From Octopus sinensis (taxonomy: Eukaryota), in contig NC_043014.1 in NCBI RefSeq assembly GCF_006345805.1, positions 9,548,001 to 9,612,000 of the forward strand: DNA of 64,000 bases. Reading direction: 5' to 3'. The notes beneath the pieces are model-generated. The model did not search any database, was not told the origin of the DNA, and worked only from the letters and a program-made list of their open reading frames with translations. Made by a program: the position numbers and the translations under genes. Shown here one piece after another: positions 42,663 to 55,232 of this stretch; within the stretch, counting starts at the first letter, position 1; each line of letters begins with the position of its first letter.

Positions 42663-42951
42663 AATGTTATATATGCTGTACTGACACTAGCAAGGTGTGG
42701 TTCCTTATATAACATATCTAATGTTACAATTGGATTAGTTTTAATGTTTTAACCTTCTACAAAGACACTTGTAAATATTTTATAGTATACTATTTAAATA
42801 CATGTCTCGTTGGATTACTTAGAACATTCCCAATAGCAGCTTATAGTCAGTTAAAGCAAGTCCTCGGTCGCTGACGAAGTTCATGAAGTGAAACAGCTCC
42901 AGCTGGTCTCTCTCTGACCAGAATGACGTTGTACATAAAGAAAAGAACGAA

Positions 42952-43318
42952 TCTCTCTATATATACACGGCAAAATGTCTGTCTGTGTGTGTGTCTTTAT
43001 ACAAATCCACAATTTTTCAGTTAGAGGGCTTGCACTTTCTATGGTCATTCAAAACCGTCCAAGGGTGGTCGTGCAGATCTTTACATTTCCCCATTCACCC
43101 CGCAAAGCCATTAAAAAATCAATAGAAATGATCTTTTTGTGAATTTTCTATCCAAAACCCAATCAAAATGCCCGAAACTTGATACGCCAATTAAATGCCA
43201 GATAGCTGTATGTGATTGGTCGGGGATTTGGACAGTACTCGCGTGTATGTGCGCACGCACGCAGCTGTATATGCATGCACTAGCACTATGACCCGGCGTT
43301 GCTGGGTCATAATGCTAG
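42952..43318 (+). mobile_element. Non-autonomous Helitron with palindromic 3' end
   Basis: A|TC start, CTAG|T end; 5' end resembles that of the 9251-9632 element. Confidence 0.82.
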
Positions 43319-43506
43319 TAGTGTATATGTCTGTAACATAGCGTAAGCTAAAAGCTGTTCATCTGTGAGTAAATACTTGGCATAGGAATTATAATACCTG
43401 GCTTAGATAACTTTTGGTTTGAATATAATTCTGTGTGGAAATAGAAAACATTTCGCTTTGTTTAGTGAGCGAAGCAACAGAAACGTCTTGTATGTAAAAT
43501 TAGATT

Positions 43507-43903
43507 ACTCTCTTTACTCTTTACTCTCTTTTACTTGTTTCAGTCATTTGACTGCGGCCATGCTGGGCACCGCCTTTAGTCGAGCAACTCGACCCCGGGA
43601 CTTATTCTTTTGAGCCCAGTACTTATTCTATCGGTCTCTTTTTGCCGAACCGCTAAGTGACGGGGACGTAAACACACCAGCATCGGTTGTCAAGCAATGC
43701 TAGGGGAACAAACACAGACACACAAACGCACACACATACATATATATATATATATACATATATACGACAGGCTTCTTTCAGTTTCCGTCTACCAAATCCA
43801 CTCACAAGGCATTGGTCGGCCCGGGGCTATAGTAGAAGACACTTGCCCAAGATGCCACGCAGTGGGACTGAACCCCAAACCATGTGGTTGGTTAGCAAGC
43901 TAC
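43507..43903 (-). mobile_element. SINE family C
   Basis: Family match, slightly 5' truncated. Confidence 0.9.
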
Positions 43904-44357
43904 ATTTAGCAAAGGAAAACCAGTATTAACCAGTGAGAAATGAGAGTCAGCAAAATATGAATATTATACTTGAAACAGCTAAGTGACACAATGGCGGATA
44001 TATGCAATCAGGAAAGAGTGAAGATGAATCAGAAGTGAAATGTATTGACATGGGTAAGAATAAATTTGAAAAATGTCAGAAAGAGTAACGTCAGTGAAGA
44101 TTAATACCGGGAAATAAATTAAGATTATCAATGGTTCCCACTGCTGTATTAGACATATAGAATTCTTTTGAGAATATTTGGAACATGACACAAAGTTATA
44201 GGTGAAGTACTCAGAATGTCTGAAAAATATCTTGACGTAGAAGCAAAGAGATATAGCTAAAATTAGATTTATGAAGAATGTATTACGGAAACTAGACGAG
44301 AAAAGATGAGAGGTAAACAAGTTTTGCATGGATCAAAATTGGACAATATTAAACATA

Positions 44358-44725
44358 TCTATTATATAAAATCTGTTCTGTCTATGTGTGTGTGTCTTCT
44401 AAAATCTCGGGCATCCTCCATCCGATTGCGCTCAATTTTGAGATGTAGATACCGACGGTATCAGGACGTATATAAGTCTTGATAAAATTACAATAATCGA
44501 TTCCAGGTGAGAATGCGATCGATAAAGCCGTGGTAACGTGCATTTGTACGCGCAAATACATCAGTCGAAATTCGTCTTTTGCTGGTGTCTCAAATTTAAG
44601 TTAAATCAGTGTTTCTCAAAAGGGAGGCCTATGGGACGATCAGACAAGTTGTTTTGAGAAAATTTAGTTTAAATGTTCGACAACTCAGCACCGTCCATTG
44701 GACGGTGGGGGGGGGTTGCTTGTTT
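44358..44725 (+). mobile_element. Helitron-like 5' fragment and GC hairpin
   Basis: tctattatataaaatctg...gtgtgtc start as in the other Helitrons; hairpin caccgtccattggacggtg at 44689-44707, with a similar motif in reverse orientation near 57853. Confidence 0.5.
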
Positions 44726-45003
44726 TACCATATAGTGACTGTAAAATTATGCAGCACTTACAAGGAGATGGTAATCTACGGTTTTTAACTAACTTAGAAA
44801 AAAGACTAGCTGAGGTGAATGGATCTGGAAATCGTAACATTAATTCATATTTTAGGTTTTATGTTATAGTTATAGAATATGCCCGAAAACAAATAACTAA
44901 GAACATATGGTTATATATCTAACGATAAACAAGGTTTGTTTAGACAGCTGGTGTTTCCGGCTTCTATTCCAAATCAGTTTTCACATTGATCTTATTAAAG
45001 ATA

Positions 45004-45381
45004 TCTTTATATATAAAAGTGTGTGTCTGTCTCCTACGATTTAGATTCTTAACTACTCCCACATTTTGCGGTGCAGTTTAACCAAAACCGGGTATCTTAT
45101 AGTCGTGATTCATATCGAGCCCTTCTGGGTATTAGCGCGCGTCTACGATGAGTCTACAATTTTAAAATTAATTTACCATCATTTTTTCCATTTTAATGCA
45201 TTTTTTTGCTATTATATAAGGAAAGTAACTCTCTAAAAATATATACGATGAGTCAACGATTTAAAAAAAATTTACTATAATTTTTTTTCCATTTTTAATG
45301 CATTTTTTTGCTATAACTCTCTAAAATGCTTATATAGTTATTTCCCTTACAAACCCGAGCAACGCCGGGCGATACTGCTAG
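45004..45381 (+). mobile_element. Non-autonomous Helitron
   Basis: A|TC ... cccgagcaacgccggg cgatactgCTAG|T. Confidence 0.88.
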
Positions 45382-45698
45382 TATACACTAAAGAAAAAAT
45401 TTTAGCAGGCCGAAGTCAAAGTGTGTAAATATCTCGTAATAGAACATTCTCAGATTTTCGTCATGTGAAGCAATTGAATAAATAGCCCCGATGATCATTA
45501 GGTAAACACCGAGAAGGATAAACATATGAAATCAATGTTACATTTTTTTGCAAAATGAATGTGAGAAAGAACACCACTTGCAAATATTAATCTTTAGAAA
45601 AATATTCGTTTATCGTTTTATGAGGTTCAAATTATTTTTTAAAACTAGAATGCATTTCGGGATTCTAAAACTACAGCAGGTTCAATATATTATATTAT

Positions 45699-46131
45699 GG
45701 CGGCGAGCTGGCAGAATCGTTAGCACGCCGGGCGAAATAATTTGGGGTATTACGTCTGCCGCCACGTGCTGAGTTCAAATTCCGCCGAGGTCGACTTTGC
45801 CTTTCATCCTTTCGGGGTCGATAAATTAAGTACCAGCTACGCACTGGGGTCGATGTCAGCGACTAAATAACTATGTCCGTCCTTGTTTGTCTCCTCTATG
45901 TATAGCCCCTTGTGGGTAATAAAGAAATAGGTAAAGCGACGAGCTGGCAGAATCATTAGTCCGCCTTCACGTCCTGAGTTCAAATTCCGCAGAGATCGAC
46001 TTTGCCTTTCATCCTTTCGGGGTCGATAAATTAAGTACCAGTTACGCACTGTGGTCGATGTAATCGCCTTAATACCTATGTCCGTCCTTGTTTGTCCCCT
46101 CTATGTTTAGCCCCTTGTGGGTAGTAAAGAA
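45699..46131 (+). mobile_element. SINE family D dimer
   Basis: Two copies in tandem; caggttcaatatattatatt flanks both sides. Confidence 0.9.
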
Positions 46132-46358
46132 TCAGGTTCAATATATTATATTATATTGGATGGAAATAACATTGATATATACGTATACAAGTTATATATG
46201 CTTAAAATTCTTTTTTAAATAACATGTTCTGAATTTTCTTATCCAGTACATTTGTCTCTTCAGCGTTATATAAAAAGTGCCACATATTTGGAGCCTTAAA
46301 TAATTGCTACATTATTTAAAGTTATGTTTCCGAAAACTAAACAGAAAACTAAACTAAA

Positions 46359-46736
46359 TAGGCGCAGGAGTGGCTGTTTGGTAAGTAGCTTGCTAACCAA
46401 CCACATGGTTCTGGGTTCAGTCCCACTGCGTGGCATCTTGGCGAAGTGTCTTCTGCTATAGCCCCGGGCCGACCAATGCTTGTGTGAGTGGATTTGGTAA
46501 ACGGAAACTGAAAGAAGCCTGTCGTATATATGTATGTATATATATATGTATGTGTGTGTGACAACTAATGCTGGTGTGTTTACGTCTCCATCACTTAGCA
46601 GTTCAGCAAAAGAGACCGATAGAATAAGTACTGGGCTTACAACGAATAAGTCCCGGGGTCGATTTGCTCGACTAAAGGCGGTGCTCCAGCATGGCCGCAG
46701 TCAAATGACTGAAACAAGTAAAAAGAGTAAAAAGAG
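46359..46736 (+). mobile_element. SINE family C
   Basis: Family match. Confidence 0.9.
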
Positions 46737-47552
46737 AAGATTATTTTTTTTTCCAAATAACATTTTAAGCTCTAATTTCTGAACATATCGATCGATACCT
46801 TGGCGAACATTATCACCTTAAAATATATTACACATGATAGAGACACAATGCAGTAGTTGGAAAGATAATTGTTCCAGGTCGTATGATTGAATTGTATCGT
46901 AGTTTCCTTCAACAGTTTGTTTGTCAAACCATAAAATGCTTCAGATTTCATGTAATGTGTCTAAGCTGAGTCAGTTCAGACAATTTTCGTCAGGATTTCT
47001 GTAACGGAAATCTCCAAACTTCTCTATACATACGAATATGATGTTTTGACTACTGGAGCGTAATAAATAACGAAAGAATTGTAGTTATCAAGGTACTTAA
47101 GAAAAAAAAAACTCTAATAATGTTCGTTTGTGTGCGCAGCCAGAGGGAACTGTAGAGTTCTTGTACTAAAAAGATTTTTATATTTTCAAATACTCAGGAA
47201 AGAACAAGTATTCCCAGAAAGGTTGTAGATATTAAGGGTTCAAAGTTTCTAAAGATGATCGTTTGTGTGTTCGGCCAGAGAAAATTGCGGATATGCAAGC
47301 TTTTCAACTTCTTATGAAGGAAATTCAAAATACTCACAAGAAATTGTATATATTCTAAGTTTTGTGAGATATTTATCAATCGTTCTGTAAAACACGTCGA
47401 ACCGCTGTTATTGCTATTATTATTATTATTACTATTATTACTACTATATGTCAAGTAGGAGAGTTTCTGACATATGATTGCATAAGTAGCCGCTAACCGT
47501 ATATGAGATTTGGAAAGCACGGCAATAAGAATATATTTGTATGTATAATATA

Positions 47553-47594
<42 letters not shown>

Positions 47595-47620
47595 GTATAT
47601 ATATATATATATATATTATC

Positions 47621-47674
<54 letters not shown>

Positions 47675-48072
47675 TCTTTTAACCTGTTTCAGCCATTTGT
47701 CTACCGCCATGCTGGAGGACAGCCTTAGAGCGTCTGAAAGTATAGTACTTAATATATCGTTCTCTTTAGCTAAACCACTAAGTTTCAGGGTGGCGGGGTA
47801 AACAAACCAGCATCAACTGTCAAGCAAATACGGAGCGACAAACACACACCCGTAGGTACACAGATACACAGACACAGACACACACACACACACACACACA
47901 CACCTATGTATGTATCAACGATGAGCTTTTTTCCGTCTACCAAATCCACGCACAGGGCTTTGGTCGACCCGAGGCTACAGTACAAGACAGTTTCCAAAGG
48001 TGTCACGTAGTGCAACTGAACCTAGAATCATATGGTTGGGAAGCTGGCTTCCCACAGCCACGCCTGCGCCTA
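47675..48072 (-). mobile_element. SINE family C, degenerate
   Basis: Recognisable head and body. Confidence 0.75.
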
Positions 48073-48244
48073 TACATGAACCCCCCCACCACACACACAT
48101 ATGGGTGTGTATATGTGTATGTGTATGTCTGTGTGTCTTTGTCTGTGTGGTGCGTGGATTTCTGAACAAATTAGCAAATGAGAACTTCAGAATGAGATAA
48201 AAATCCAAGGCCGTGAAAGATTTCAGAATATTTATAAACAGAAG

Positions 48245-48292
48245 GTCTTACAGCTGTTTCCGGGATATTTTATATATCTCTTCATCGGAGAC
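48245..48292 (-). ncRNA. Minimal type I hammerhead with U4-to-C change
   Basis: GUCU CCGAUGA A GAGAUAU auaaa AUAUCCC G GAAA CAGCUG UA AGAC, within a module spanning about 48157-48458. Confidence 0.65.
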
Positions 48293-48483
48293 GGTGTGAG
48301 AAAATGTTTAAGTAATAGTTATTATAGAGAAGATATGAAATAGAGAGTGAAGTAGAGGAAGGAAAATAAACGTGAGATATGCAAGGAAAATGACAGCTTC
48401 GGAATATTGAAAAATATGTTTAGGAAAATGCGAAATACAAGAATAATAGAAAAAGAATATACATACATACATACATACATAAC

Positions 48484-48544
<61 letters not shown>

Positions 48545-48545
48545 G

Positions 48546-49302
48546 TAGGTCCCGGGTTGATTCGGGGTTAACCACAGTAAATAATGTACTCAATACATAG
48601 CAGAGTAATTTAATTTATTATATAGAAGGAGCTTCTACAGGACTAGAACTGTTTCATTCAAGAGAAATCATCAGGAAGCTAGTTAACAAGAATTGTATTT
48701 GCATTTATACATTTAGGCAGGTTTAAAGGGGTGGTGGTGGGGGACTTTATATTTTTGGGGTGGATGGAATTAATGTCTATATATCTAAGGGATTCATTTG
48801 GTTTGTGGTACGGGTAATAAAGTGAGGTTTTTAAGTCGAGGGTAACGTCAAGGAAGTTAGCTTTGGTTAAGTTGGATTCTAAGGTAATCCTAAGGCCTAA
48901 GTTTTTAAAGAAGGTGTAAAGATTTTTCCGGAACCCATCCGTGGTCCGGGGATTTATTTTGTGGAGGGCAAAAAGGCCGTCATCGCGGTAAAGACCACCG
49001 GAGAGGCCTGTGAATAGGGTCTTCAGCCTATGGAGGATGAAAAGGCCCACTAGGTCACTTATTTCAGCCGAGTCGCTAGCACCCATGCTGACGTCGAAGG
49101 GGTTGATCCAGTGTGATCCGTCGTGGAAAAGAAAAGTCTTACGTGCGTGGAGGATCACATCTTGCTCGGCCTCGGTGATGGTGGAGGATCTCCTAGCGAA
49201 GTTAATCGCGTCGATCAGCAAGCTCTCCGATATGGAGGCGTAGTAATCCTCGATATCCAGTTGTAAGAATCGGTGTTGCTTTTGTCAGGTAAATCCCGGA
49301 AC
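48546..49302 (-). mobile_element. Internally deleted Penelope-like retroelement (RT fragment plus 3' module) in TA microsatellite
   Basis: ORF 48679-49221 contains FDVSMGASDSAEISDLVGLFIL, GLYRDDGL, ANFLDVTL, YHKP and S.HP, typical of PLE RT; it breaks off before any GIY-YIG domain. Confidence 0.85.
48630..48680 (-). ncRNA. Type I hammerhead ribozyme of the Penelope-like element
   Basis: AGCUUC CUGAUGA U UUC ucuu GAA U GAAA CAG uucuaguc CUG UA GAAGCU; predicted cut after GUA, between 48636 and 48635. Confidence 0.8.
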
Positions 49303-49668
49303 ATATAATATATATGATCTGATATACCAGTATACGCTAGTATGTCGAGTATATGTAACGGTATTTAGAGTTATGTGTATGTTCATGGTATGTGTGGTGT
49401 ATGTGCATGTATGTGGGTGTTTATATAACAGATGTGTAGATGGTATAGTTTATATAATATATATATATATGTGTGTAATATAATATATATATATGGTATA
49501 TATATATATAGTTTAATATAGGTATGTAGAGTATACGTATGTGCTGTATGTGTGTATATGTGCGATATATGTGTAGATGGGTATATATATGGTATATATA
49601 TGTATATATATATAATATATAATATATATATGTTTGGTATAATGTGTGTATGTATATATATATATAAT

Positions 49669-49735
<67 letters not shown>

Positions 49736-50000
49736 GTGTATGTTTACATGAATGTTTCCGTCTTGATAAAGGGTAACTGCATGTATATATACTTATTATT
49801 TATTACTTGAGTATGCGTTTGTGTGCATGTATGTATTTATGTATATAAGGTGGCGCGTGAATGTATGTATGTGTATGCACTTGTATAGAAATATGTATAC
49901 ATTTATGCATGTATGTACTTATGTGTATGTGCGTGTATATATATATGTGTGTATGTGTATGTGTGTGTGTGTATGAGTATGTATGTATGTATATACACAC

Positions 50001-50036
<36 letters not shown>

Positions 50037-50285
50037 GTGTATGTATATGTGTGTGTGTGTATGTATATATATATGTGTGTGTGTATGTGTGTATATGTAT
50101 GTATATATATGTGTGTGTGTATGTGTATGTGTGGGTATATATATATATATATATATATGTGAATGTGTGTGTATATGTACACATATATATATATATATAA
50201 ATATATATATATGTATGGTAAGTGTGTGTATATATGTATGTGTAAGTGTGTGTGTGTGTATGAGTATGTATGTATGTATACGCAC

Positions 50286-50323
<38 letters not shown>

Positions 50324-50453
50324 GTATATGTATGTGTGTGTGTGTATATATATATATGTGTGTGTGTATGTGTGTATATGTATGTATATATATTATATAT
50401 ATATATATATATATGTGTGTGTATGTGTATGTGTGTGTATGTATATGTATATA

Positions 50454-50498
<45 letters not shown>

Positions 50499-50949
50499 AT
50501 ATATGTATATGTATATGTATGTGTATATGTACATATACGTGTACGCTCGCGTGTTATGTATAGTAATGTAGGTTACGTAGAGTTATGTATGTATGTATGT
50601 ATATTATATATGGTAAATAGTATATATATAATATAATATATATATATATAATATATATTGAGTGTGTAAGTTTATATGTATGTTTCCGTCTGTATAATAG
50701 GTGACTGCACGTATATACTTAATTTTATTATTTATTTTTGAGTATGCATGTATGTATATGAATAACTGCACGTATATATATTTTATTATTTATTTTTTGA
50801 GTATGCATGTAAGTATATGAACATAAGGAGGCGCGCGTGTGTGTGGGTGAAGTGTGTGTATGTATAGGCATATATGTGTATGTGTGTATATATGTATATA
50901 TGTGTACATGTGTGTATATATGTATATATATATATATCATTATAATATG

Positions 50950-50980
<31 letters not shown>

Positions 50981-51084
50981 GTATGTGTATGTATGCGTGT
51001 ATATGCATGTATATGTATATGTGTGGGTGTGTGTTGTGTATATATGTAGGTATGTATCGGTGTATGTTTTATGTATGTAATATA

Positions 51085-51118
<34 letters not shown>

Positions 51119-51395
51119 TGGTGTATGTGTAGTTATTTTGTATGTAGGTGTATATGTATAATTTGTATATATATTTATTGGTGTATATGTATGGACTAGT
51201 CTTCTGTGGGTGAATTGAGGTATGTATGTGTAAGCGTGTAGACATGAATCCTGTAGGTACTCGTATGTATGTGTATATATGTGAATGTATGTAGATGTAT
51301 GTATGTATGAATATAACGCGTGCGTGCGTGTATGTCTATGAGTGTACGAATGAGTGAGTGTGCGTGCGAATGAGAGTGCGTGCGTGAGTGAGTGC
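49303..51395. repeat. Long degenerate TA/TG microsatellite field with duplicated sub-blocks
   Basis: tttccgtct...actgca.gtatata block near 49756 and 50683. Confidence 0.9.
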
Positions 51396-51482
51396 TTGTG
51401 TTCGAGTAGAAGATAAATGGACTTCCTGTCGTCCCCAGGGGGACATAGCCAAGATGCTTGTGACCCGCGGTCAAAGATAACA

Positions 51483-51582
51483 NNNNNNNNNNNNNNNNNN
51501 NNNNNNNNNNNNNNNNNNNNNNNNNNNNNNNNNNNNNNNNNNNNNNNNNNNNNNNNNNNNNNNNNNNNNNNNNNNNNNNNNN
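51483..51582. other. Assembly gap (100 N)
   Basis: Run of N. Confidence 1.
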
Positions 51583-52327
51583 GTGTCCAGGTGTCACACA
51601 GTGGAACTGAACCTAGAACTATGTGGTTGGTAAGCAAGCTACTTACCACACAGCCGCTCCTGATCTTTATAATAAGCATCAGAATTGTAATGTAAGTACC
51701 AAGTACTGCATGGCTGTAGTCTAATGATCCCACTAGTAAGAGATAGAGTATAGGAAAGTAAAAAATAACATGGATTTTTCTTCTCAATGTTTCATTTAAT
51801 CAGAAAGATATTGTTAAACAAAATTTTATTACAGAAGACCAGCAGGAGATTAGACGAACAATTCTCGCTAATCATACACAATACAATCAAATCAATAAAT
51901 CTTAATTTAGATTAACCACAGATTCGTATATTTCGCATACTAAACATTCCAAGAATACCATGTTCTCTCGCTAAACCAAATAAAGAATTAGAGACACGTC
52001 ACATAAATCTGATGTTAATGTTAAAACTAATCTCAAATGTTAAGAGTTTTTATGTTTTAACTGTATCCTATCGTGCCTTGTTTAGAATGAAACCTATCTT
52101 CCGATAATGGTGAAGACTAAAGTGTTGATATTTAGCTGTTCTTTATCTTCTGATAATGTCTATGTTTGGTTTCTTTGATTAAAAAAAGAAAACGCTGGCA
52201 TTTATCAAAGAATTTGCGCGAAATGTTGCAAAGAGATTCATGTGTGTTACTGAGTAAAACAGAAACGAAAAGAATTTGGGGCTCATGATTGAATTGAATT
52301 CAAACGGAGAAAGTCGAATCAAAATCT

Positions 52328-52657
52328 GTAGGAGTGGCTGTGTGGTAAGTAGCTTGATTATCAACCACATGGTTCCGGGTTCAGTCCCACTGCGGAGCAA
52401 CTTGGTCATCTGTCTTCTAGTATACCCTCGGGCCGACCAAAACTATGTGAGTGGATTTGGTAGACTGAAACTGAAAGAAGCCGGTCGTATATATTAATAT
52501 ATATATATATATTATATATATATTATGTGTGTGGTGTGTGTGTGTGTGTGTGTGTTGTGTGTGTGTGTGCGTCTGTGGTTTGTCCCTCCAACATCGCTTG
52601 ACAACCGATGCTGGTGTGTTTGCGTCCCCGTAACTTAGCGGTTCGGCAAAAGAGACA
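52328..52657 (+). mobile_element. SINE family C, 3' truncated
   Basis: Family match. Confidence 0.87.
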
Positions 52658-52902
52658 GAAATGTGCAGGATACTAGAAATTCTAGCATGGCGTACAAAGT
52701 TGTTTTTAGGTTTTATATCAAATCATGCTATAATCTCTTACCATCAGCGATGACTTAGTACATCACAGAGGAAGAATTAGTATAACTAATAATCATAATA
52801 GTTACACCCGCATGCCAGGATATACACATGTTTGCAGTTACACAACAACTATACACATACACATATACACACTTGCAAACAAGCACGCACTAAGGCTCAA
52901 AC

Positions 52903-52940
<38 letters not shown>

Positions 52941-53742
52941 TGTAAAAGCAGCAAAAGCAACTCCTTCTGTATCGTCATTCGGAAACTCCACAAATCTCCG
53001 GCTCAGAGAATTGTGAATTCCTCTGTCCTAATACCAGCTGCATAGTCAGCCATTATTCCAAATCTACTCGTACGGTGCTGTCCAAATTAATTGCCACCAA
53101 TTTCCATCCGGACAAGGAAGTTAATACGGGTTACAAAAAAATGAGAGGTGTTTCGAAAAAAAGAGACTCAAATGAAAACAAAAACCTCTTCTGCTATCGA
53201 AATGGTATGAATATACCTTGTTGCCTTTAAAGATAATCCCTAGCTGAATGTCTAAGAAAAATTGATTTTCAATTTTGGCGCACGAGCAAAGATATCGGGG
53301 GAGATGTGGGTCAGTTTCATCGACTGCAGTGTTCAACAGTTACTTAATTTATCGACTCCAGAATAAGAGTCGATAAATAAGAAGGATAAGACACGAAGTC
53401 GACTCTGATGGAATTTGAATATGGAACGTGAAGACGGACGAATCGCCGCAAGATATTTTGCACGGCGTGTTAACCATTCAGCCAGCTCAGTATCGTATGT
53501 ATATATCTTATTGTTAATTTGTGAAAGTGCAGAAAAAGAGATGAGCTCACTTATTTTTGTCTTGTGGTTGACTGAGTGCGTCGATATTTCTGGAACGTTG
53601 GGGTTACTTCGGAAATAGGGGAGGCTTGTCTTGGTAGATGTTTTGTAGAGGTCCGTCGTCAGGTTAGAACATGCTTTTTAATTGTCAATATACTTTTATG
53701 TGCTCTCATTATTATCATTTGTACGACGTGGAGAATATCAAA

Positions 53743-54239
53743 TCTTTATATATAAAAGAGAGGTTGTGTGTCTGTCTCCTACGATTTAGATTCCTAACTA
53801 CTCCCACATTTTGCGGTGCAGTTTAACCAAAACCGGGTATCTTATAGTCGTGATCCATATCGAGCCCTTCTGGGTATTAGCGCGCGTCTACGATGAGTCT
53901 ACGATTTTAAAAATTATTTACGATCATTGTTTTCCATTTTAATGCATTTTTTTCGCTATCATATAAGGGAATTAACTCTCTAAAAATGTCTACGATGAGT
54001 CAACGATTTAAAAAAATTTTTACCATCATTGTTTTCCATTTTAATGCATTTTTTCGCTATCATATAGGGGAAGTAACTCTCTAAAAATGTCTACGATGAG
54101 TCAACGATTTAAAAAAAAATTGCCATCATTTTTTTTCCATTTTTAATGCATTTTTTTGCTATTTTTTGGCTATAACTCTCTAAAATGCTTTATAGTTATT
54201 TCCTTTACAAACCCGAGAAACGCTGGGCGATACTGCTAG
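53743..54239 (+). mobile_element. Non-autonomous Helitron with internal ~100-bp tandem expansion
   Basis: Same family as 45004-45381; tacgatgagtc unit present three times instead of twice. Confidence 0.88.
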
Positions 54240-54633
54240 TTGTATATACATTTCTGGGCTTATTTCCATGTTTTACCCGGTGAATGGTGAGAGTAAGAGA
54301 TGAGCTTGGATTCGTTAGATGTTGTTTTTCTGCTACTGTTGCTACCTTGGGGTTTATCCTGTTACTATTACTGTTATTGATGATTCACTTACTGTTGTGA
54401 CTACTAATAGGTTGGAGGCTGCTACATTTCTGGCTGACAACTTCGTCATAGCTTTTCCTAGAGCAACAGGTTCTTTCGCAGCTATTGGTGCTGTAGTTGT
54501 ATCCATAACTGCTTTTGTTGCTGTCCGTCACAGCCACCTTTATTCGAGGTGCTTTGGCGTCTAGACCAGTAGGGAAGGCCTTCCTACATTGACCTTTTTC
54601 TATTGGCAGAATACTCGCACATACTCGCACAAA

Positions 54634-55232
54634 GGCGGTGAGCTGGCAGAAACGTTAGCACACCGGGCGAAATGCTTAGCGGAATTTCGTCTGCCGCTAC
54701 GTTCTGAGTTCAAATTCCGCCGAGGTCGACTTTGCCTTTCATCCTTTCAGGGTCAATAAATTAACTAGCAGTTACGCACTGGCGTCGATGTAATCGATTT
54801 AATCCGTCTGTCTGTCCTTGTTTGTCCTCTCTGTGTTTAGCCACTTGTGGGTAGTAAAGAAATGGGTATTTCGTCTGCTGCTACGTTCTGAGTTCAAATT
54901 CCGCCGAAATAGACATTACCTTTCAATCTTTTCGGGGTTGATTATATAAGTACCAGTTACACACTGGGATCAATATAATCGACTTTATCCGTTTGTCTGT
55001 CCTTGTTTGTCCTCTCTGTGTTTAGCCCCTTGTGGGTAGTAAAAAAATAGGTATTTTGTCTGCCGCTACGTTCTGAGTTCAAATTATGACGAGGTCGACT
55101 TTGCCTTTCATCCTTTCGGGGTCGATAACTTAAGCACCAGTTATGCACTGGAGTTGATGTAATCGATTTAATCCGTTTGTCTGTCCTTGTTTGTCCCCTC
55201 TATGTTTAGCCCCTTGAGGGCAATAAAGAAAT
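54634..55232 (+). mobile_element. SINE family D trimer
   Basis: Units restart at gtattt at 54866 and 55051; agaatactcgc(a/g)cat at 54608-54622 and 55234-55248 flanks the whole array. Confidence 0.92.

Noticed and set aside
50786-51787. 333-aa ORF
   Set aside because: It spans the N gap, a SINE fragment and microsatellite.
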